Source: Macrostomum lignano (taxonomy: Eukaryota). Taken from it: a stretch of DNA of 25,055 bases. A program made the position numbers and the translations under genes. Positions 9,109 to 17,078 of this stretch are shown here, piece by piece. The stretch covers positions 1-25,055 of the forward strand of contig NIVC01000517.1 in NCBI GenBank assembly GCA_002269645.1, given 5' to 3'. The notes under the pieces were generated by a model. It ran no database searches and had not been told where the DNA came from. It saw only the letters and a list, made by a program, of their open reading frames with translations. How positions within the stretch are numbered: position 1 is the first letter of the stretch; every line of letters begins with the position of its first letter.

Positions 9109-9604
9109 CAGGGGCGGATTTAAGGGGGGTTGGGCGATGGGGGGGCGGCCCCCCTTGTGGCTGGCAATGATGGCGCCCCTTTTCCCCTTTTCTTTTGGGC
9201 TAAACAAAGTTCCTCATCGCTGTCAGTTTGCTCAGTATGGCGCCCCTCTCGTCTATGGTGCCCCTCTCGTCTATGGCGCGCCCTCTCGTCTATGGCGCGC
9301 CCTCTCGTCTATGGCGCCCCTCTCGTCTATGGTGCCCTCTCGTCTATGTCTATGGCGCGCCCTCTCGTCTATGGCGCGCCCTCTCGTCTATGGCGCCCCT
9401 CTTGTCTATGGCGCCCCTCTTGTCTATGGCGCCCCTCTTTGTCTATGGTGCCCCTCTCGTCTATGGTGCCCCTCTCGTCTATGGCGCGCCCTCTCGTCTA
9501 TGGCGCCCCTCTTGTCTATGGCGCCCCTCTCGCGTATATTATGGCGCCCCCGCTCTTATGTTTAAAATCGGCCCCCTCATTTTATATTTAAAAATCCGCC
9601 ACTG
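9109..9604. mobile_element. Non-autonomous hAT-type DNA transposon (MITE) carrying a minisatellite
   Basis: TIRs CAGGGGCGGATTT (9109-9121) and AAATCCGCCACTG (9592-9604) match 12/13; perfect 8-bp TSD ACGCGTAT (9101-9108, 9605-9612). Confidence 0.92.
9236..9551. repeat. 18-19-bp minisatellite, ~17 copies (ctatggcgcccctctcgt)
   Basis: Direct inspection; no unique spacers between units. Confidence 0.95.
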
Positions 9605-10319
9605 ACGCGTATACTTCAAACCGATGGAGTTCTAACCTTTTTTTCATTTAAAAAAAAACACACTGACAGTTTAAACCGAAAGAAAGCTGGGGCTATTATT
9701 AGCCATCGTGCCATGACCTTTGTGCCTGCTGGGCACTTATTCTTGCCATTTAATGCCACAGACTACATTTAAGCCCGCTTGCAGGACTTTAATGCTTTAA
9801 ACTTACTTTAATGCAATTAGCGGGCAGTTAATGACATTTTACGCCCGATTATTCTGTCCCACTTTGTCATGGACACAAATGTCTATGGCTCAATAATAGT
9901 AATACCCATGCTAACGGCGCCCTCTGATTTTCTTATTAACGCCCTTAAAGCATGGGTATTAATGTACAGTTGGGTCCGTGGAAAGGGTCTAAGTTTCCGC
10001 GGAATGGTCGCGGAATTCCGTGGAAAACTGTGTGAAATGCGCTCCTATTGGCTAGGCCAATGGGATTTCCCGAATACTTAGAGGTGAAATTTCCCGAATC
10101 GATGGGATGGCCCAGGAATCTATATTGTTCCTTGACTATGCTACTTTTTCCTTTATATAGCAGCACCTTATGAACGAGATTTAAAGCCATGCTTGCTAGT
10201 TGTCATATATATAGCCTTGTGTGCTTCGATTAATCTGGATTAATATTTATTGATGTCTGGCCATTACGTCACCGAAAATCAAAGGGCTGAAATGTTGAAG
10301 CGCTTTTTTATACAAAACA

Positions 10320-11822
10320 AGGAGAGAGAGATAGAGAGAAGGAGACAGGCGGCATGGAGAAGGAGAGAGGAGAGAAGCGGCAGGAAGGAGAGAGGAGAGA
10401 GAAGAATAGAAGGACTGAGGTGGCAGGGATGAGAGGCGGCAGAGAGAAGGAGATGGAAGGAGAGAGAAGGAGAGAGGAGAGGGAAGGGGAGGAAGGGAGA
10501 GGGAAGGAGAGGAAGGGAGGGGAAGGAGAAAGGAGAGGGAAGGAGAGAGGAGAGGGAAGGAGAGGAAGGGAGAGGGAAGGAGAGGAAGGGAGAGGGAAGG
10601 AGAGGAAGGGAGAGGGAAGGAGAGGAAGGGAGGGGAAGGAGAAAGGAGAGGGAAGGAGAGAGGAGAGGGAAGGAGAGGAAGGGAGAGGGAAGGAGAGGAA
10701 GGGAGAGGGAAGGAGAGGAAGGGAGGGGAAGGAGAAAGGAGAGGGAAGGAGAGAGGAGAGGGAAGGAGAGGAAGGGAGGGGAAGGAGAAAGGAGAGGAAG
10801 GAGAGAGGAGAGGGAAGGAGAGGAAGGGAGAGGGAAGGAGAGGAAGGGAGAGGGAAGGAGAGGAAGGGAGAGGGAAGGAGAGGAAGGGAGAGGGAAGGAG
10901 AGGAAGGGAGAGGGAAGGCGAGAGAAGGAGAGGAAAGGAGAGAGAAGGGAGAGGGAAGGAGAGAGGAGAGGGAAGGAGAGAGGAGAGGGAAGGAGAGAGG
11001 AGAGGGAAGGAGAGGAAGGGAGAGGGAGAGAGAGGAGAGGGAAGGAGAGAGGAGAGGGAGGGAGAGAGGAGAGGGAAGGAGAGGAAGGGAGAGGGAGGAG
11101 AGAGGAGAGGGAAGGAGAGAGGAGAGGGAAGGAGAGAGGAGAGGGAAGGAGAGAGGAAAGGGAAGGAGAGAGGAGAGGGAAGGAGAGGAAGGGAGAGGGA
11201 AGGAGAGAGGAGAGGGAAGGAGAGAGGAGAGGGAAGGAGAGAGGAGAGGGAAGGAGAGGAAGGGAGAGGGAAGGAGAGAGGAGAGGGAAGGAGAGAGGAG
11301 AGGGAGGGAGAGAGGAGAGGGAAGGAGAGGAAGGGAGAGGGGAGGAGAGAGGAGAGGGAAGGAGAGGAAGGGAGAGGGAAGGAGAGAGGAGAGGGAAGGA
11401 GAGAGGAGAGGGAAGGAGAGAGGAGAGGGAAGGAGAGAGGAAAGGGAAGGAGAGAGGAGAGGGAAGGAGAGGAAGGGAGAGGGAAGGAGAGAGGAGAGGG
11501 AAGGAGAGAGGAGAGGGAAGGAGAGAGGAGAGGGAAGGAGAGGAAGGGAGAGGGAAGGAGAGAGGAGAGGGAAGGAGAGAGGAGAGGGAGGGAGAGAGGA
11601 GAGGGAAGGAGAGGAAGGGAGAGGGGAGGAGAGAGGAGAGGGAAGGAGAGGAAGGGAGAGGGAAGGAGAGAGGAGAGGGAAGGAGAGAGGAGAGGGAAGG
11701 AGAGAGGAGGGAAGGAGAGGAAGGGAGAGGGAAGGAGAGGAAGGGAGAGGGGAGGAGAGGAAAGGAGAGAGAGAAGGAGAGAGGCGGCAGGGAGAAGGAG
11801 AAAGAAGGAGAGAGGAGAGATA
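10320..11822. repeat. ~1.5 kb almost pure polypurine (GA-rich) complex microsatellite
   Basis: Variants of ggagagggaa / ggagaggaag / ggagaga; essentially no pyrimidines between ~10460 and ~11780. Confidence 0.97.
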
Positions 11823-11903
11823 ATTGCGGAACGGCAACGGACTGCCCAAACTCTCCTCTCTCCTTTTCTTCTTCTCTCTCCTGTCCCCTCTCTCCTTCTC
11901 CCA

Positions 11904-13090
11904 TAGAAATTGATAGAGATTGCAGAGAAATTGATATTTTTGCAAAGGTTTCAAAGTTTTGAGCATCTCTTCCCCGCCTTTTAAAGCCGTCATCAGCAAG
12001 AATGAGATCATGCTATGATCACGCAAGTTCCACGTGACAAAAATTTGAGTCACTTATCAACGCATCCTGACAGCATGTCTACATAGCTTGTAGAAACAAT
12101 TGGGACTATTTTTGTGTGCATTGAACAGAGGCAGGAGGAACTAAAAATTCCTTCCACATAATGACGAACAATAGAAAAGAGAGAAGAGAAATCGAATGGG
12201 GGTAGACAGCGCCTCACTGAATGACTAAACAGCGAGATTAGCAAGGCTGGTTTGGGAAGAGATTGAATAGGCGGTCTTCAGTCACCCTCCGAACATCTCA
12301 CACAGATCGATCGATATTCGAGATGGGTTGAGGGGCACTGGGGAGTCATTATGCGGATTGCCCTTTGCCCTGGGGTCCCCGCTTTTGCCCAACAGCGAAC
12401 TCGAGAATCATAAACCTTGCAGACCTCATAGGCGATATGGAAGTGACACTCTCAAAAAACAAGACCGTTGTGACCAACTCAGACGGATTCGTTCTAATCT
12501 GGACTAACCAGTAGGACTAAAAGCAGTTTAGTCCCATTTTAGAATAGATAGCAACTGAATGCAAGGCGCATAACAATTGCGATTACCGTCACCTTACCGC
12601 GCACACAACTGTATTTTCTATTTTACTGGAATTATTACTGATATCCCTAGATTTCTGAGATGCAGCAAATATAAATGTTCGTCACATTCAGTTCGCCATT
12701 GACTCCCAGAAAATCATTGCGTTAGCAATAGGTGGAAACGATGTCTCAGTTAATGGCTGCAGCCAAGAGAAGCTAAAAGAAAGGTTTGAGGGCGCATTGC
12801 GTCATCCCGTAGACAGTCGGTTGGGGACCACAAGAGTATAGATTTGGGGTTGAAAGCATTCTTGTTAATGCTTCCAAAGATTTTGCACCTTTGCCCCCCT
12901 CAGTTAAACGGAACAGAATAAGGGACTGAATTGTCCCCTGCTATGTATGCTATGTGCAAATCATTTCTATTCTGCTCGGACAAAATCTTGGAGGAAACCA
13001 TTTCTCACAGGTTCCATGCCTCCCTATCTCCCGACAATGGGGTAAATGCTTTCTCAGAGTTGTGCAAGAAAATTCAGATACACAACACCC
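11904..13090 (+). pseudogene. Highly degenerate Tc1/IS630-like DDE transposase remnant
   Basis: With frameshifts: SARTKSW..EETISHRF.PPYSPD....NAFSELCKKI at ~12970-13075 resembles W-L...PPYSPDLNPIEN.W/F; weak IITD..RF at ~12635; possible N-terminus MSGHYVTENQRAEML at 10253. Confidence 0.45.
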
Positions 13091-13261
13091 CTCTCTCTCA
13101 TAGGTGACTGAAGATCTCTCTCTTTCTCTCTCGCTCACCTTCTCATTATTGTTGATGGCGGCTTCAGGAAGATATACTCGAAATTGTAGTTGAATCCTTT
13201 GCAAAAATATAAATTTGTATGCATTTTATTATTGTGGGAGGGGCAACGGACTGCCCAAACG

Positions 13262-13500
13262 GCCTCTCTCCTCTCTCTACCACTTCTTTCCTTCTCTCTG
13301 CCGCCTCTCTCCTTCTCTTCTCGTCTCTCCTTCCATCTCCCTCTCTTCTCGTCTCTCCTTCCATCTCCTTCTCTCTGCCGCCTCTCATCCCTGCCACCTC
13401 TGTCCTTCTCTTCTTCTCTCTGCTCTCTCCTTCCTGCCACTTCTCTCCTCTCTCCTTCTCCATGCCGCCTGTCTCCTTCTCTCTATCTCTCTCTCTCCTT
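13262..13500. repeat. CT-rich polypyrimidine tract (unexpanded counterpart of the GA tract in the right inverted arm)
   Basis: Its reverse complement matches both ends of the 10320-11822 tract. Confidence 0.9.
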
Positions 13501-13870
13501 GTTTTGTATAAAAAAGCGCTTCAACATTTCAGCCCTTTGATTTTCGGTGACGTAATGGCCAGACATCAATAAATATTAATCCAGATTAATCGAAGCACTC
13601 AAGGCTATATATATGACAAATAGCAAGCATGGCTTTAAATCTCGTTCATAAGTTGCTGCTATATAAAGGAAAAAGTAGCATAGTCAGGGAGGAATATGGA
13701 TTCCTGGCCATCCCATCCCCATTCGCCTAGCCAATAGGAGCGCATTTCACACAGTTTTCCACGGAATTTCGCGACCGCTCCGCGGAAATTTAGACCCTTT
13801 CCACGGACCCAACTGTACTATTAGAACGCGAGCTGAGAATGTCGTTAAATGAGCGTCTGCGAAGTGAGAT

Positions 13871-14607
13871 GCGCCCCTCTCGTCTATTGCGTCCCTCTCG
13901 TGTATATTATGGCGCCCCTCTCGTGTATATTATGGCGCCCCTCTCGTGTATATTATGGCGCCCCTCTCGTGTATATTATGGCGCCCCTCTCGTGTATATT
14001 ATGGCGCCCCTCTCGTGTATATTATGGCGCCCCTCTCGTGTATATTATGGCGCCCCTCTCGTGTATATTATGGCGCCCCTCTCGTGTATATTATGGCGTC
14101 CCCTCGTGTATATTATGGCGTCCCCTCGTGTATATTATGGCGTCCCCTCGTGTATATTATGGCGTCCCCTCGTGTATATTATGGCGTCCCCTCGTGTATA
14201 TTATGGCGTCTCTCTCGTGTATATTATGGCGTCCCTCTCGTGTATATTATGTCGCCCCTCTCGTGTATATTATGGCGCCCCTCTCGTGTATATTATGGCG
14301 CCCCTCTCGTGTATATTATGTCGCCCCTCTCGTGTATATTATGGCGCCCCCTCTCGTGTATATTATATTATGGCGCCCCTCTCGTGTATATTATGTCGTC
14401 CCTCTCGTGTATATTATGGCGTCCCCCTCTCGTGTATATTATGGCGCCCCCTCGTGTATATTATGGCGCCCCTCTCGTGTATATTATGGCGTCCCCTCGT
14501 GTATATTATGGCGTCCCCTCGTGTATATTATGGCGTCCCTCGTGTATATTATGGCGTCCCCTCTCGTGTATATTATGGCGCCCCTCTCGTGTATATTATG
14601 GCGCCCC
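13871..14607. repeat. 22-23-bp minisatellite, ~32 copies (tatattatggcgcccctctcgtg)
   Basis: Direct inspection; related to the 9236-9551 unit. Confidence 0.95.
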
Positions 14608-14759
14608 CGCTCTTATGTTTAAAATCGGCCCCCTCGTTTTATATTTCGAAATCCGCCACTGACGCGTTTACTTCAAACCGATGGAGTTCTAACCTTTTTT
14701 TCATTTAAAAAAGCACACTGACAGTTTAAACCGAAAGAAAGCTTGGGCTATTATTAGCC
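13871..14759. mobile_element. Partial second copy of the hAT MITE (right half, right TIR ending 14661) plus ~100 bp of its original flank
   Basis: 14600-14759 matches 9545-9706, including the TIR, the TSD-like ACGCGTTT and flanking DNA; the left TIR is absent. Confidence 0.9.
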
Positions 14760-15735
14760 ATTAGCACGCGAGCTGCGAATGCCGCTATGTGAGTGTCTGC
14801 GGAGTGAGATGCGGATGGGGGGTCATTATTATTTCAAGCAACCTCCCAGCCTCCGAGGTTGTTAAGATTATAAATTGCACTAGAGGGGCGTTACTGTCTC
14901 GAGAACTTCTATTGAAGTGGTATAGGACCGGAAAATAACGAGTGGAAAAAAACAATGAGAGCTTGTCTGAGGGCTCGGACATTGAGTAGTTTAAAACAGC
15001 CGAGTGGGCAGGAGGACGGCAATTAAATTCTCTTGTATTCGCTCGCGCGTGTTCTCTTAACGGTGCAGGGACGTCTAAATTTATATAGACGTCTGGATAG
15101 ATAATTGACTGGCTCCGTCTGCAACAGGGCAACCATGTAGATACTGTCACCCCCCCCCCACCCAAAAATATCCCCCAGCTAAAGGTAGATGTGTAGGCCA
15201 TTAATCCATCTAAGGCAGCTGATGGCAATGTAAACTGGCTAGTTAAAATTTTGTCGAGGTTTGATGCTTGTAAAAAACTCTTTTACCAGTCCAGATACTG
15301 TTTTCAGGACTCCCCTGTCGCTATTTTTTATGCAGTTATGAACTTTCTTTCCTCAACAGGTATATGGCGCCATTTTCTTACGGAAGGTGATATAGAATTA
15401 GCACACACGGAGTTGGTAGCCAAGGTGCGGGTGAGGCTGCTACCCCCCCCCCAACCCCAAAGAGCAATTACAGCTTCTTAACGATGCGTTGCCATTAGAA
15501 ACAACGGCTTCATTATGCTTTGCTCAAACCCCTCTATAGACGATACTTACGAATTTTATTGTTTTTTTCTGTCACCCGTTCGGGTTAAGCTATACAGAGA
15601 AACAAGCATGCAATGACAAGCTATTTTTAATGAAGAGTGTCATTTCATTAGTTACGAAAACCTTAGGTGCTACCTTAGCTAATGACGAATCGACTCAATA
15701 GAGCTGGACAACCTGTGGATTATAACATTAATTAC

Positions 15736-16158
15736 CAATCAAAAATTGTTTGTACAGCGGCTTCCACTCTTGTTTGTTTATTTCAAATATGACAGCGGCT
15801 GAACAGTGGCACTGGTTCAGGTTGATTCGGAATGAACTATGAGAAGGAACTATGAGAAAGTCAGGTAAATGCGCCAACGTGTCAGTTGAATGTGAAGCTC
15901 TGTCAGTCGGGTGAGGCCCTTTGTAAGTTAAGTTGAGTTGAATGTGGTCAGTATCATTGGCGCGTGGTGCGTCAGTTGGTGTGTCAGTTGGTGTGTCAGT
16001 TGGTGTGTCAGTTGGTGTTTCAGTTGGTGTGTCAGTTGGTGTGTCAGTTGGTGTTTCAGTTGGTGTGTCAGTTAGCCCGAAGTCCTGTGTCAGCCAGGCG
16101 AGTCTCTGGGTCAGCAATTTGCATCTGATTGGTTGCGTTTTAACCAATTCAAAGTTGA
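15736..16158 (-). CDS. Candidate exon with Thr/Pro/Asp repeat (TPTD/TPTE), possibly a 5' exon of gene A
   Basis: 423 nt, open, phase 1-1; acceptor tttttttctaatcAG and donor G|GTAATT; same strand as the mucin genes. No homology recognised. Confidence 0.4.
15971..16073. repeat. 12-bp tandem repeat, ~8.5 copies (gtcagttggtgt)
   Basis: Direct inspection; encodes TPTD/TPTE on the minus strand. Confidence 0.95.
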
Positions 16159-16192
16159 CTGATTAGAAAAAAATCAGTTTAATAAAACTTAC

Positions 16193-16270
16193 TTGCGATT
16201 GTCGTAGCAAGGGCTATGAAAAGTATGAGGTGAATATTATATAGCACTGCGCTCAAGAGTAAATTTCAGT
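16193..16270 (-). CDS. Candidate signal-peptide exon (LLLSAVLYNIHLILFIALATTIA)
   Basis: Hydrophobic frame ending in phase 1 at a GTAAGT donor (16192-16187), in frame with the 16158 exon. No intact ATG as sequenced (actgaaattta) and the implied intron is only 34 nt. Confidence 0.3.
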
Positions 16271-16646
16271 TGCTGTACGTCCAAATGGAAAGTGAGTTCA
16301 GATATCACATTGAAAAAGAACAGCAATTTACAAGCCTCAACGGTTTTTTTTTCAACAAAAAGATTTCAATGTGCTTTTATATTTAGCTGTGAATACAGGA
16401 GGATGGTAACTTTATGCCAAAACGGTTAGAAAATATTAGAATTCACACACTGAAAGAACTTAAAACAAAGGAAAAAACAAGAGGTCATTGGACGGTCATT
16501 AATTCATAAATATTGATAATATTGAAAATATTGATAAATAAAAGGCATACAAATAGCTATTAGTTAATTTGGTTAAATAATATGTGATCAAGTTTTCAAT
16601 GATTGCTACCAAGTTAAAAAGGCAAACTTAAACCCATGTAACAATT

Positions 16647-16652
16647 TTTATT
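16647..16652 (-). terminator. Candidate polyadenylation signal of gene B
   Basis: AATAAA on the minus strand ~290 nt after the stop codon. Confidence 0.45.
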
Positions 16653-16938
16653 AGTGTGCACATTTTTCTTCTGAAAACAAATAGCAGTTACTCCTAATAA
16701 AAAAATGATTGTTGCCATGGTAATTGAAATATTGGCAGTATCCGTGTAGTTTGCGTAAAATAGACAGATAAATTAAAAAAGCCCAATTATTGAATCATCG
16801 ATCAAATTAAATTCATTCACATAGTACTTATAATTAGATAGATAATATGATAGATAGCTAGCTCTTTTGCTAGTCAAAATCAAAGTCAAAGTTTCAAATT
16901 CAACGCACACTCCCGAACAAGATCAATAATTTAATCTG

Positions 16939-17078
16939 TTAACTTGTTCCGGACGTCGGGTTCACCAGCACTTCAACGGGAACCCTCGCTCTGAGACCAA
17001 ACACGATCGAAAGTACGACGACCGTAACGAGGACCACACCGCCAACCACGGACAGCGAGATGATCAAAGCCTGGTTTT
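16939..17078 (-). CDS. Gene B last exon: transmembrane helix and short cytoplasmic tail
   Basis: [46 protein letters not shown]. Confidence 0.9.

Larger units (their letters stand above)
9967..13815. mobile_element. Foldback-type Tc1/mariner (IS630-Tc1) element with very long terminal inverted repeats
   Basis: Termini TA|CAGTTGGGTCCGTGGAAAGGGTC ... GACCCTTTCCACGGACCCAACTG|TA (TA TSD). 9967-10464 matches the reverse complement of 13815-13353 at high identity; weaker inverted similarity continues inward (11927-12006 vs 13218-13140). Confidence 0.87.
13820..14813 (+). repeat. Pair of 54-bp direct repeats (13820-13873 and 14760-14813) bracketing a duplicated segment
   Basis: attagaacgcgagctgagaatgtcgttaaatgagcgtctgcgaagtgagatgcg vs attagcacgcgagctgcgaatgccgctatgtgagtgtctgcggagtgagatgcg; 46/54 identical by eye. 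Confidence 0.85.

Noticed and set aside
10279-12053. 489-581-aa ORFs rich in E/R/G or L/S/P
   Set aside because: Translations of a GA microsatellite, which cannot contain stop codons.
12309-12332. DRYSRWVE, similar to a Gypsy integrase motif
   Set aside because: Isolated 8-aa match with no flanking integrase motifs.
12705-12800. IIALAIGGNDV, similar to SGNH-hydrolase block III of LINE ORF1
   Set aside because: Other SGNH blocks not seen; its position between putative DDE motifs fits a transposase relic at least as well. Unresolved without a search.
9130-14708. ORFs over the two minisatellites, and a CRISPR-like appearance
   Set aside because: Head-to-tail repeats with no unique spacers, inside a eukaryotic hAT MITE; no cas genes.
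14785-15481. ORFs of 147 aa and 76 aa
   Set aside because: No recognisable motifs, splice support or codon bias.
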